This document shows, one piece after another, positions 20,340 to 29,992 of a stretch of DNA of 64,000 nt (its first letter is position 1; every line of letters starts with the position of its first letter). The notes beneath the pieces were generated by a model, which saw only the letters and a program-made list of their open reading frames with translations, searched no databases and was not told the origin of the DNA. Origin of the DNA: an uncultured Chloroflexia bacterium (GTDB taxonomy: Bacteria > Chloroflexota > Anaerolineae > Anaerolineales > UBA4823); NCBI GenBank assembly GCA_963774935.1, contig CAVZGO010000002.1:215236-279235 (forward strand). The letters are read 5' to 3'. The translations under genes and the position numbers were made by a program.

Positions 20340-21032
20340 ATGATGACCTTCAAAGGCTTTCAAAGTGGTAAAACTCATTTCACCCCCATCCCGACGGATT
20401 TCTTCAGCGAGATCCTGCCGCAAGTGGATCATTTAGGTGAATTAAAAATCATCCTGTATGTTTTCTGGCGCGTGGATCGCATGGAAGGAGCTTTCCGCTA
20501 CCTTCGTCGAGATGATTTTTTGAGTGACCACCTGCTGATGGAAAGCCTGGGTAATCCTGGTGAGTTAGATGAGGGTATAAAACGCCTTTTGGACCAAAAT
20601 GTGCTGCTTTCGGCAACCGTCCAAACGGATGATGGGGAAGACCTGCTCTTTTTCCTTAACTCTCCTAAAGGAAGGTCAGCAGTGCAATCCATCCAACGCG
20701 GTGAGTTTCGGATAGAGGGTAATCAACACCCATCGATCGAGCTCGCCCCTGAACCGCCGAACATTTATCGACTGTATGAAACGAACATTGGTCCTCTGAC
20801 ACCGATGATTGCTGAAGCCCTGGGCGAAGCGGAAGATACCTACCCTGACGCATGGATTGAGGAAGCCTTCCGAATTGCTGTTGAAAACAATGCCCGTAAC
20901 TGGCGCTACATTGCCGCCATTCTGAAACGCTGGCAGGAAGAAGGACGTCATGACGAAAAAGATCGAAGAGACTCTGAGAAAACTCGCCGAAAGTACATCC
21001 AAGGTGAACTCTCCGACTACATCGAGCACTAA
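20340..21032 (+). CDS. DnaD domain replication protein
   Basis: IYRLYETNIGPLTP...WIEEAFRIAVENNARNWRYIAAILKRW DnaB_2/DnaD motif; follows dnaB. Confidence 0.85.
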   Translation: MMTFKGFQSGKTHFTPIPTDFFSEILPQVDHLGELKIILYVFWRVDRMEGAFRYLRRDDFLSDHLLMESLGNPGELDEGIKRLLDQNVLLSATVQTDDGEDLLFFLNSPKGRSAVQSIQRGEFRIEGNQHPSIELAPEPPNIYRLYETNIGPLTPMIAEALGEAEDTYPDAWIEEAFRIAVENNARNWRYIAAILKRWQEEGRHDEKDRRDSEKTRRKYIQGELSDYIEH

Positions 21033-22383
21033 TCGGCGCCCAAAAAGCCTTCCCGGAGATCCCGACTGCCCAATTTGTCATGGGATCGGTTATCTTCGCC
21101 AGGATTTACCGGTCGGTCATCCTGAATTTGGGAAGGTGCAGCCTTGCCAGTGCCGGATGCGCCAGATCAACGATCAGATTCACCAGCACCTGTTTGAGCT
21201 CAGCCAGCTGAAAGAGCTCAGCCAGCTAACTTTCGAAACCTACCTGGCGCGTGGCAGCATGGGATTACCGCCGCGCCAGGCGGAATCAGTTGAGTATGCA
21301 TATAACACTGCCAAACTGTACGCTCAGTCGTTAAACGGCTGGCTGTTACTGATGGGGGGTTATGGCTGCGGAAAAACCCACCTGGCAGCCGCGATCGCGA
21401 ATTTTGCTGTCAGCCTGGGCGTCCCAGCCTTATTTCTTACCGTACCAGACTTGCTTGACTCTCTGCGTTTCGCCTTTGATGACCCCCAGGCGACTTTCGA
21501 GGAACGTTTCGAGGAGATTCGCCGGGTGAACCTTTTAGTGCTGGATGATTTCGGCACACATAACGCCACACCCTGGGCTCAGGAAAAGCTATTCCAGATC
21601 ATCAATTACCGGTATATTAATAACCTTTCTACAGTGATTACCACCAATCTGCTCCTGGACCAGATCGAGCCTCGCATACGGTCGCGGCTTGAGGACGAGA
21701 AACTGGTCAACCGAGTGACCATCCTGGCGGGCGATTTTCGACGACCGGCAACTGACCACGGTCACCACGAGCTTTCTTCATTGCAGCTTCTCAATGAATT
21801 AACTTTTGAGAAATTTGATTTTCGCAAGAACGAGAAACTGAGCGCGGATGAAATAAATAACTTAATGCGCGCTTACGAGGAAGCACAAGACTTTGCCCAG
21901 CGACCGAGCGGTTGGTTGATGTTCCTTGGCGATCATGGCTGTGGTAAAACTCACCTTGCTGCAGCGATCGGCAACTACCGCCAGGAATTAGGTGACCAGC
22001 CAATTTTCGTCAGCGTGCCCGAAATGCTGGATGAGCTGCGGTCGACATTTAACCCGGAAAGCAGCATCCGCATGGACCGCCGCTTTGAGGAATATAAAAC
22101 CGCACCAATATTGATCCTGGACGCGCTGGGAACTCAATCCAGCACCCCCTGGGCACGTGAAAAACTCTACCAGCTGTTCGATTATCGCTATTTCAGCCGG
22201 TTGCCTACGGTGATTACGACTCAGGTGCAAATTGAAGACCTTGACTCCCACCTGCGCAGCAGGCTGTTAGATACACGCCTGTGCACCTTATTTGCCATAA
22301 CAGCCCCCGACTATCGCGGCGGTGGTCAGCGAAAACCCCGCCCGAAAACCAGCCGACGTACCACACCTTCGAGAGGAAAATAA
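20950..22383 (+). CDS. DnaC/DnaI/IstB-like helicase loader with two tandem AAA+ domains
   Basis: N-terminal CPIC...CQC zinc site; two GxxGCGKTHLAAAI Walker A motifs, each with Walker B and TVITT. Confidence 0.85.
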   Translation: MTKKIEETLRKLAESTSKVNSPTTSSTNRRPKSLPGDPDCPICHGIGYLRQDLPVGHPEFGKVQPCQCRMRQINDQIHQHLFELSQLKELSQLTFETYLARGSMGLPPRQAESVEYAYNTAKLYAQSLNGWLLLMGGYGCGKTHLAAAIANFAVSLGVPALFLTVPDLLDSLRFAFDDPQATFEERFEEIRRVNLLVLDDFGTHNATPWAQEKLFQIINYRYINNLSTVITTNLLLDQIEPRIRSRLEDEKLVNRVTILAGDFRRPATDHGHHELSSLQLLNELTFEKFDFRKNEKLSADEINNLMRAYEEAQDFAQRPSGWLMFLGDHGCGKTHLAAAIGNYRQELGDQPIFVSVPEMLDELRSTFNPESSIRMDRRFEEYKTAPILILDALGTQSSTPWAREKLYQLFDYRYFSRLPTVITTQVQIEDLDSHLRSRLLDTRLCTLFAITAPDYRGGGQRKPRPKTSRRTTPSRGK

Positions 22384-22574
22384 TGACCGAACCAACCCCC
22401 ATTTGCATATACTGCGAACAATCCAGCCAGCACACTCCATTGCTGCCATTCATCTTCGATAACCAGCAGCACTGGATCTGCCCACAGCACCTGCCAATTT
22501 TGATCCATAAACCGGAACAGTTGATTGATAAGCTGCCTGGGATGCAAGTGCTGCCGGTAGAACCCCACGACTAA
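22383..22574 (+). CDS. Small Cys/His-rich protein
   Basis: ATG overlaps the upstream stop (TAATG); CIYC...[11 protein letters not shown]. Confidence 0.6.
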   Translation: MTEPTPICIYCEQSSQHTPLLPFIFDNQQHWICPQHLPILIHKPEQLIDKLPGMQVLPVEPHD

Positions 22575-22581
22575 TCGGAAT

Positions 22582-23607
22582 ATGGCCTTACTACCCCTAC
22601 CTCCTTTCTTCGATCCCGCGCGGGTCGGACAGGTCTGGCCTGTGCCTTACCAGCAGCGTGAATTACAGGCACTCCAGTGGGCACAACAGCACAATATCCA
22701 GCCGGCGTCGCAGGACAGGATTAAGATTGCCCTGTTAGGGATCGATATCCAAAACAGTTTTTGCATTCCTGGATATGAGCTGTTCGTCGGTGGTCGTTCT
22801 GGTGAAGGCGCAGTACACGATAACCAAAGACTATGCGCATTCATCTACCGAAACCTTGCCCACATCACGCACATATTTGCTACTTTGGATACTCACACCG
22901 CCATGCAAATTTTCCACCCGATCTTCCTGGTGGACGAGCATGGCAATCACCCCGCACCGCACACAACGGTCTCGCTGGAAGACCTGCGCAATGGACGCTG
23001 GAAGTTTAATGTCGAAATTGCCTCAAGCCTGGGGATCGATCCCGATTATGGACAGCGCCACTTGCTGCATTACGCAGAAAGCCTGAAAGCGCATGGTAAA
23101 TATGACCTCACCATCTGGCCTTACCATGTGATGACTGGCAGCCTGGGGAATGCCCTTGTGCCAGCCTTTGAGGAAGCTCTTTTCTTCCACACAATCGCTC
23201 GTTACACACAGGCTGAGTTTGACGTCAAAGGCGATCATCCACTGACGGAAAACTACTCGGCAATTGGGCCGGAAGTGCGCGACGGCCCGGATGGCGCGCT
23301 GATTGCGGAAAGGAATTCCCGCTACCTGGCAATGATCCAGCATTTCGATGCGCTGATCATTGCTGGACAGGCGAAAAGCCACTGCCTGGCATGGACAGTA
23401 GCGGATTTGTTAACTGATATCCAGCAAATCAATCCAAGCCTCGCTGGAAAAGTATATCTGCTCGAAGACTGCACATCGCCTGTAGTCGTGCCAGGCATTG
23501 TAGATTACACAGAGGATGCAGACCGTGCTTTCGAGCATTTTGCGAAGGCAGGCATGCACATCGTGCACTCCGATCAATCCATTGAAGATTGGCCTGAAAT
23601 CGGTTAA
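22582..23607 (+). CDS. Cysteine hydrolase (isochorismatase/nicotinamidase-like)
   Basis: [26 protein letters not shown] and LLEDCTS motifs. Confidence 0.85.
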   Translation: MALLPLPPFFDPARVGQVWPVPYQQRELQALQWAQQHNIQPASQDRIKIALLGIDIQNSFCIPGYELFVGGRSGEGAVHDNQRLCAFIYRNLAHITHIFATLDTHTAMQIFHPIFLVDEHGNHPAPHTTVSLEDLRNGRWKFNVEIASSLGIDPDYGQRHLLHYAESLKAHGKYDLTIWPYHVMTGSLGNALVPAFEEALFFHTIARYTQAEFDVKGDHPLTENYSAIGPEVRDGPDGALIAERNSRYLAMIQHFDALIIAGQAKSHCLAWTVADLLTDIQQINPSLAGKVYLLEDCTSPVVVPGIVDYTEDADRAFEHFAKAGMHIVHSDQSIEDWPEIG

Positions 23608-23776
23608 CAGGCATCGATCAAAACCAGAACCAGCAGTTGATAATCGGACTAAACCAGTCACTATTGACAGGCAAGGGCTTTTATGGTTTACTAGAATTAC
23701 CATATGAGCGGGTACTTATCACTTAATTTATACCCGCCCTCTCCTCCGCCATCCTATAGAAGAGGAGGTGTTGCCG

Positions 23777-23836
23777 ATGGACCATAGTACCAGTACCACC
23801 AACAGCGCTGCGGCAATCCTCCTCGATCTTCGATAG
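23777..23836 (+). CDS. Putative 19-aa leader peptide (MDHSTSTTNSAAAILLDLR)
   Basis: AGGAGGTG RBS upstream of ATG; followed by an overlapping hairpin and a terminator. Confidence 0.4.
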   Translation: MDHSTSTTNSAAAILLDLR

Positions 23837-23851
23837 GTAGCCGCAGCGCTG

Positions 23852-23886
23852 CAAGGAGCCGTCTCTCGAGGCGGCTCCTTGTCTTT
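23852..23886 (+). terminator. Intrinsic terminator/attenuator upstream of dehydrogenase
   Basis: CAAGGAGCCGTCTC-TC-GAGGCGGCTCCTTG-TCTTT. Confidence 0.7.
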
Positions 23887-23934
23887 CCAGACTTTGTTAA
23901 CCTCAAACGGAGTTTTTTCCATGAAGGGCCGGCA

Positions 23935-25170
23935 ATGAAAGCGATCGCCTTTGAATACAAACTTCCCAGACTGGCATTTGCACAAATCACGCGAAAGATT
24001 TCTCCAAATCTGTGCACGAGCGCTCTCGGACCGACCCGACTTACCGAGATCCCGCAACCCGTCTTGCTGGGTGACGATTGGACGGTGGTGCGCACATCGC
24101 TTTGCGGTATCTGCGGGAGTGACACCAAGCAGATCTTCCTGGACGCGAATTTTGATAACCCCCTGGATGCGTTAATTTCATTCCCCAATGTGCTGGGACA
24201 CGAAGCAATTGGGATCGTTGTTGAGGCTGGCTCAGCGGTAAAGAATTTAAAAGTCGGGCAGCGAGTAGCCCTGAACCCCTGGCTACCCTGCCTCCCGCGC
24301 GGCATCCAACCACCCTGCCCCGCCTGCCAGCAGGGACGCTATTATAACTGCCAGCATTTTACCGATGGGCGCTTGCCTCCTGGCATGCATACAGGCAACA
24401 GCCGTGCGGCTACTGGAGGCTTCGCCCCCTACTTTCCCGCCCATGAGTCCATGCTCTTTCCCATTGCGGATGAAATTCCTGACGAGCGTGCCGTGCTCTC
24501 GGATCCCTTTTCGGTGAGCTTGCACGCTGTGCTAAAAGCGCCTCCTTTGGAAGATGCTCTGGCGCTGGTGTATGGTTGTGGATCGCTGGGTATGCTTACG
24601 ATTGCGATCCTGAGCAGCCTTTACCCACAAACCAAAATAGCCGTGATCGCCCGCCATGCCCGTCAGGAGCAAATGGCGCGTGCTCTGGGCGCCAGCCATG
24701 TGATAAGGGCGGAACAGCCCGTTCAGATTGTGGAGGCTCTTGCCGAAATCGTCACTACCCGGGTCTACAGATCGCGTTTTGGAATGCCTTTTCTGCTGGA
24801 CGGAGCGGGAGTCGTGTACGATACGATCGGCTCGGCAGAAACACTGTCTGTCGGAATACGCGTTGCTCGCCCCGCTGCTGCAATTGTCGTCACTGGTGTG
24901 AGTAAGCCCCACCGGTTTGAATGGACGCCGCACTATTTCAAGGAAATAAACTTGATCGGGTCGAACGCTTTTGGAATAGAAGAGTTTGAAGGAGAGCGTC
25001 TTCACGCCTTCCAGATCTATTTCAAACTGCTACAGGAAAAGCGGCTGCGCTTGCCCGAAATGGTCACCCATCGCTTTAAACTGGATGACTGGCGCCAGGC
25101 GCTGGAAGTTTCGTATCACAAAAACCGCCACCAGGCAATCAAGGTCGTCTTTGAATATCCAGAATCGTAA
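23935..25170 (+). CDS. Zinc-dependent MDR alcohol dehydrogenase (threonine dehydrogenase-like)
   Basis: CGICGSD, LGHE, structural-zinc cysteines, GCGSLG Rossmann motif, VTHRF. Confidence 0.88.
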   Translation: MKAIAFEYKLPRLAFAQITRKISPNLCTSALGPTRLTEIPQPVLLGDDWTVVRTSLCGICGSDTKQIFLDANFDNPLDALISFPNVLGHEAIGIVVEAGSAVKNLKVGQRVALNPWLPCLPRGIQPPCPACQQGRYYNCQHFTDGRLPPGMHTGNSRAATGGFAPYFPAHESMLFPIADEIPDERAVLSDPFSVSLHAVLKAPPLEDALALVYGCGSLGMLTIAILSSLYPQTKIAVIARHARQEQMARALGASHVIRAEQPVQIVEALAEIVTTRVYRSRFGMPFLLDGAGVVYDTIGSAETLSVGIRVARPAAAIVVTGVSKPHRFEWTPHYFKEINLIGSNAFGIEEFEGERLHAFQIYFKLLQEKRLRLPEMVTHRFKLDDWRQALEVSYHKNRHQAIKVVFEYPES

Positions 25171-25182
25171 GCGAATAGATAC

Positions 25183-25468
25183 ATGGTAACAGTGCGCCGG
25201 GAAACACCCGCAGAAGCAAGGCATCGGAACTGAGCTGATCCAGTGCGGCAATGGAAAACTGGCTGGTGAGGGCTATGACTTTGTTGGCTTACTGGGCAAT
25301 CCGCGATATTACACTCGTTTCGGCTTTCGCCCGAGAGCAGAATTTAACCTGGACAACGAGTACGACGCCGGTGATGAATTCATGGCGCTGGAATTACACC
25401 CGGGAGCATTGGATGGAGTGCACGGGTTGGTGCGTTTTGTTCGTGAGTTTATGGAGGTAGGGGCTTAG
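25183..25468 (+). pseudogene. GNAT N-acetyltransferase (YhbS-like) with internal deletion
   Basis: MVTVRRETP joined out of frame to QKQGIGTELI...LGNPRYYTRFGF...FMALEL; central part missing. Confidence 0.7.
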
Positions 25469-25477
25469 GAAGAAAAT

Positions 25478-25939
25478 TTAACTCGCTGATAATGCATCCT
25501 GGATGAACTTCACCCAGACACCTTCAGGGTTCCAGATGCGCTTCAAATCAGCCATTGCCAGGTCGGGGGATTCCTCCAGGCGAAGGATTCTATACAGTGC
25601 AGCGAATACCGAGGCGCGGTAGTTCGCTACGCAGTGCACAAAAACATGCTCCTGTTTGTGATCATCCATTGCTTGAAAAAACAGGCGTAAATCTTCTTGC
25701 TGTGGCGCTGCCCAAATCACGGGGATCCAGATATAGCCCATTCCCAGTGTGCTTACGATCTCGTCTTCATTTAAATGCACATGTTCTGGCTCTGGGGCAG
25801 CCAGATTGATGACCACCTGATATCCGGCGTTGGCGATGAGCGAGAACTGCTCAAGGCTGGGCATGCCGCTGGTGCTAATTCGTTCGCCAATCACCTGGAA
25901 ATTTCGAATATCGTGTAGATCTTCTGAAGATATTGTCAT
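25478..25939 (-). CDS. Protein tyrosine phosphatase-like protein (DUF442)
   Basis: TSGMP, VVINL and HCVANYRAS Cx5R-like loop. Confidence 0.8.
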   Translation of the reverse strand: MTISSEDLHDIRNFQVIGERISTSGMPSLEQFSLIANAGYQVVINLAAPEPEHVHLNEDEIVSTLGMGYIWIPVIWAAPQQEDLRLFFQAMDDHKQEHVFVHCVANYRASVFAALYRILRLEESPDLAMADLKRIWNPEGVWVKFIQDALSAS

Positions 25940-25955
25940 AGATTTTCTGGTTGGT

Positions 25956-26612
25956 TTATTCGATCAGAAGTAAACTCGCAGCTTCGCTGTGACCGGCAGC
26001 TTCAGCCATATCCAACGGTGTCTTGCCGTCGCTCGTGCGTCGTCGTGGGTCAGCACCAAACTCAAGCAGCAGCTTAATCATCTCGATCTGACCGTTTTGT
26101 GCAGCACCGTGGAGGGGGGTGAAGCTATCTTGCTGCACCGCGTTGACCAGCGCCCCGTTTTCCAATAGCATGCGGGCAATTTCCAGGTGCTGGTTGGCTA
26201 CCGCCGCATGCAGCGGCATCACCTCCATGCGGTTCTGAGAAGGGGTATTGACCTCTGCTCCGGCGGACAGCAGGTAAGCCGCCACATCGAGGTGCCCAAA
26301 GAAACAGGCCAGCCCAAGGGGAGGGAAACCATCTACCGAGAATGTGTTGGCCAGGAGCGCGTCCGTTTCAACCAATACTTTCACCCTCTTCAAATCACCA
26401 ACCGCTGCAGGTTCAAAAATATTCAGGCTGCCTTTCTTACTTGCCAGCAATTGGGCAAGCTCGCTGTGCGAGTAGTATGCTGCCAGCAGCACGATTGAAA
26501 GCCCCGAGTTCTTTTTTGCCTCAACCAAGGATGGATCATGAGCCAACAAATCCTTTACCAGTGTCTCATTGCCTTGCTGAACTGCTTCAATAAATTGTTG
26601 GAGCTCGCTCAT
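25956..26612 (-). CDS. Ankyrin repeat protein
   Basis: Repeated GFPPLGLA / MPLHAAV / FTPLHGAA / GKTPLDMA ankyrin motifs. Confidence 0.9.
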   Translation of the reverse strand: MSELQQFIEAVQQGNETLVKDLLAHDPSLVEAKKNSGLSIVLLAAYYSHSELAQLLASKKGSLNIFEPAAVGDLKRVKVLVETDALLANTFSVDGFPPLGLACFFGHLDVAAYLLSAGAEVNTPSQNRMEVMPLHAAVANQHLEIARMLLENGALVNAVQQDSFTPLHGAAQNGQIEMIKLLLEFGADPRRRTSDGKTPLDMAEAAGHSEAASLLLIE

Positions 26613-26625
26613 CAGAGAATTATCC

Positions 26626-27309
26626 TTAACTATATTTCGGAGGACGGTCTTCTCGAGAAAGCTGGCGTCCTTTCACAAAGACCTGGGTGACATAAATCGC
26701 AGCCATGACAAGGACGACGAACGCGACAAGAGCATCATAGACCGTCATTTTCTCGAAGGGTGCTGGTAAAACTGGATTTCCAGCGAAGAAGATGATCGTA
26801 TTCGCCAGGATTACGATCACTCTCACCTCGGTCGGGCCAAGCTTGCCATATGATATGCGAAATTCATTGGTGACAAGCTGCTGTACATAGACCAACACGG
26901 ACAGCATCAGGTAACCGATTAAAGCCAGGCAGGCTAGATCAAAGCGCACATAAAATGAGACCCCTAAACCGAGGATGACCATCGCCTCTACTACAACGTC
27001 GATCGTGTGATCGATGAAGAAACCGTAGCGCGGGCGTTGGATATTCCGGTAGCGCGCCAGACTGCCATCCATGCTGTCTCCCACCCAATTAACTACGAAG
27101 CCGAAGCTGGCAAGCCACAGGAAAGCCGGATTGAGGCGAGAAAAATAATATGCAAAAAAAATGATCACTCCCCCCAGGACTCCGAGACCCGTCAGCATGT
27201 CGGGAGTGACCCAGGCGGGCATATGCATCGCCATCCAGCGCAACGCGGGCCGCTCCAGTGGCCCAAAGAAAATATCATTTGTACGTTTGTGATCCTCTAT
27301 TGAAGGCAT
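26626..27309 (-). CDS. CDP-alcohol phosphatidyltransferase family protein
   Basis: GDSMDGSLARYR...RYGFFIDHTID signature. Confidence 0.9.
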   Translation of the reverse strand: MPSIEDHKRTNDIFFGPLERPALRWMAMHMPAWVTPDMLTGLGVLGGVIIFFAYYFSRLNPAFLWLASFGFVVNWVGDSMDGSLARYRNIQRPRYGFFIDHTIDVVVEAMVILGLGVSFYVRFDLACLALIGYLMLSVLVYVQQLVTNEFRISYGKLGPTEVRVIVILANTIIFFAGNPVLPAPFEKMTVYDALVAFVVLVMAAIYVTQVFVKGRQLSREDRPPKYS

Positions 27310-27369
27310 ACCCTTCCTCCATTGTGAGCAGAGATATTATATATGAAAAAGATCATCTATAGTTTATTT

Positions 27370-28476
27370 TCAAAGTATTTTTTCGTATAACCTGGCGATT
27401 TCGTCTCGCTCAGGCCTGGCAAGCGGCTTCCGGCTGCTATCCTCAAGGATTTCCCAGGCAGCCGGTGGACCATCCAGCACCTGCCCAATTTCCGAACAAT
27501 GTAAACCAGCATTATTCAATGCGCCGCTGATTGCCCGTACATCATCCGGATGGACTGCCAGCAGCAATGCTCCTGAGGCGATAGACGCGAACGGATCTAT
27601 ACTCAAGGCGGCGCATATCCGCCTGGAGAGATCTGGCACATATCCATTCCTTAAATTAATTTCAACGCTGTGCTCGCTTGCCTCTGCCAGCTCCCACAGT
27701 GCTGTCACAATCCCACCTTCCGTTGGATCGTGCATGGCGTGCACACGGCCGGCATCAAGAGCTATCTGAGCATCCTTCACCACACTGATACCTGGATGAT
27801 ATAAATACTGCTGTGCCTGGAGCAGTTCATCTGGAGAGAGTACTTCGCTCAGGCGCTGTGATAAATCGCGCCCCAGGATCGCTGTCGCTTCAATTGGAAC
27901 ACCCTTGGTGAGCAGCAGCCGATCACCAGTCTGTGCGCCGCGTGGACTGATAAGCTTGCCTGGGCTCACCTGCCCTACCAGGGTACCGGCAAGGATCGGA
28001 CGGTTCAACCCGAGCGTGACCTCGGTATGCCCGCCGATGAGCAGTGCCCCGATATCTCGGCAGGCATCCGTCATTTGCTTAAAGATTTGCTCAACGATGA
28101 ACGGCGTCGCGCTTTCCTGCGGCAGCAACAGCGTTGCCAGGAACCAGCGCGGCTGTGCCCCACTCGTTGCCAGGTCGTTGGCGTTGACCTGGACCGCATA
28201 CCAGCCAATTTGATCGGCGGTGAAGGTGATCGGGTCGGTTTTGAGAACCAGCCAGGTACTGCCAAGATTCACCACTGCACAATCCAACCCATTACCAGGA
28301 CCCTGGATAATACTTGCATCCTGGCTGGCGATATCTTGCAGCGGGCTTAACAAAGCCGCCAGCAGCTCAGCCGGCAGCTTACCGGGTAATAGAAACTGCA
28401 ATGATGAGAGCCCAGCCGCTGTCCCTCTTGTTTTCCCCGAAGTTAGCTCATCTTTCAAGAATTGTTTTCCTCGCAT
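27370..28476 (-). CDS. AIR synthase/HypE-related protein
   Basis: GKLP, KTDPIT, NANDLATSGA, GGHTEVT and MHDPTEGG motifs. Confidence 0.85.
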   Translation of the reverse strand: MRGKQFLKDELTSGKTRGTAAGLSSLQFLLPGKLPAELLAALLSPLQDIASQDASIIQGPGNGLDCAVVNLGSTWLVLKTDPITFTADQIGWYAVQVNANDLATSGAQPRWFLATLLLPQESATPFIVEQIFKQMTDACRDIGALLIGGHTEVTLGLNRPILAGTLVGQVSPGKLISPRGAQTGDRLLLTKGVPIEATAILGRDLSQRLSEVLSPDELLQAQQYLYHPGISVVKDAQIALDAGRVHAMHDPTEGGIVTALWELAEASEHSVEINLRNGYVPDLSRRICAALSIDPFASIASGALLLAVHPDDVRAISGALNNAGLHCSEIGQVLDGPPAAWEILEDSSRKPLARPERDEIARLYEKIL

Positions 28477-28489
28477 GATCCGTCCACGG

Positions 28490-28990
28490 TCAGGCTTTGT
28501 AACCGATCATGCGCAAGAAACCTTTACGCCAGGCGATCTCTTCCTCCGCTTCCACTCCGAGCGGGGATGAACCATCGATCACGCCGAGAATCCCTTTCCC
28601 CTGATCGGTGTGTGCTACAACGACCTGGGTTGGATTGGCAGTAGCGCAATAGATGCGGCACACTTCAGGAATCTGCTTGAGCTGGTTGAGGATATTGATG
28701 GGATAAAATCCTTCTCCAAGAAACAAGATAAATGTATGCCCAGCACCGATTGCTAATGCGTTTTTCTGCGCCAGGGCAATCAATGCCTCATCATTGCCGC
28801 TCCAACGCACCAGGCACTTGCCAGAAGCCTCGTTGAAGGCTAGGCCAAACTTGATACCTGGCACACTGCTCACCAGCATTTCGTGGACATCTTCGACGGT
28901 TTTAATAAAGTGGCTCTGCCCGAGGATAAAGTTAAGCTCTTCCGGTTTATGTATACTCACCAGGCTCAGAGAAAGCGATGATTCTGCCAT
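28490..28990 (-). CDS. Adenosine-specific kinase family (DUF355)
   Basis: GQSHFIKTVED, AFNEASG, CATANP and GVIDG motifs. Confidence 0.85.
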   Translation of the reverse strand: MAESSLSLSLVSIHKPEELNFILGQSHFIKTVEDVHEMLVSSVPGIKFGLAFNEASGKCLVRWSGNDEALIALAQKNALAIGAGHTFILFLGEGFYPINILNQLKQIPEVCRIYCATANPTQVVVAHTDQGKGILGVIDGSSPLGVEAEEEIAWRKGFLRMIGYKA

Positions 28991-29033
28991 GTGTACCTCC
29001 TGAATAGAAAATTTAACAACTAAGGTAAAGATA

Positions 29034-29992
29034 CTACAACCGCCCAGCAGCTTTCAACACACGCAGAGCGTTGAGTGTAATCATGACGTTTGGACCCCCA
29101 CGCCCCCAATCGACCGCCTCAGAATAAAGCTGCTTGCCGCCGATTCGCTTCCAATAATACTCTCCCGGTCGCCAGCAACCATCCGCCAGCCTTCGCTTTT
29201 CCAGCAGATCTAATGCCTCGTCCAGGCGAGGATCCGTTAATCGCCCAAGGCGAGAGAGCACCAATAACTGCTGCAAGAAGTCCAGGTGCCAGTAAAGCGG
29301 ATAATGCAGCTTCAACCAGGCAGGAAGAATCACCTCACCAGTACGGTGTGAACGGAACAGGCGATGATCGAGCATCAGCTCAGCGGTGCGCCGGGCAGCC
29401 TCCAGCGCCTGGGCATCTCCAGTGGCACGGTGATATTCGATCAATCCCCACATTGGCGACAGGCTTTCGTAGAAGGATGAGTGACTGGCCTCCGGTCGTT
29501 TATCACAATTCCAGCCCCCATCGGGCCATTGCCAGGCAATGAGCGATTGCGCCAGGCTTTGAACTCGCGGATCATTTGCTAACCCCAGACGGCTGCATAC
29601 GGCTAACGCGTTACCTTCTTGCGAAGCACAGCGACGGGTCCTGCCATCCATTACCTGAATTCGCTTAAGGTGTTCGGGGCTGCCCAACCAATGCAGCACC
29701 TGCTCGGCTGCAGCCAATGCTCGCGGTTCCCCGCAGGAATCCCCAGCTCTACCAGGGATACCAGGCGCCAGTGAGCACCCATCCACTTCTGATATGGATG
29801 GACTCCAAAGCCTCCATCAGGTTCCTGGTTCGCAAAGAGTGCCTTGACCCATTCCCCTTCAAGAAGCTGAGTACTGGCTGCTGCGACCTGAGGATCGCTC
29901 TCATCCCGATTCAATAGATCGAGTAATGCCAGCCTGCGCACTGCCGGCTCCGGGCAGGATAGCAGCCATTCAAGCCCCGGAACGTCAGGCAT
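29034..29992 (-). CDS. Prenyltransferase/squalene-cyclase-repeat-like hypothetical protein; -1 frameshift in a G run near 29730
   Basis: QEPDGGF and QWPDGGWNC repeats, YPLYWHLDFL, MITLNALRVL; two overlapping ORFs join at GCGGGG. Confidence 0.7.

Noticed and set aside
20950-22383. IS21 IstB helper or prophage replication module
   Set aside because: No IstA transposase, terminal repeats or phage genes; it sits in a dnaB-dnaD housekeeping operon.
27370-28476. Selenophosphate synthetase SelD or true hydrogenase maturation HypE
   Set aside because: Lacks the N-terminal Cys/Sec-x-x-Lys of SelD and the C-terminal PRIC of HypE.
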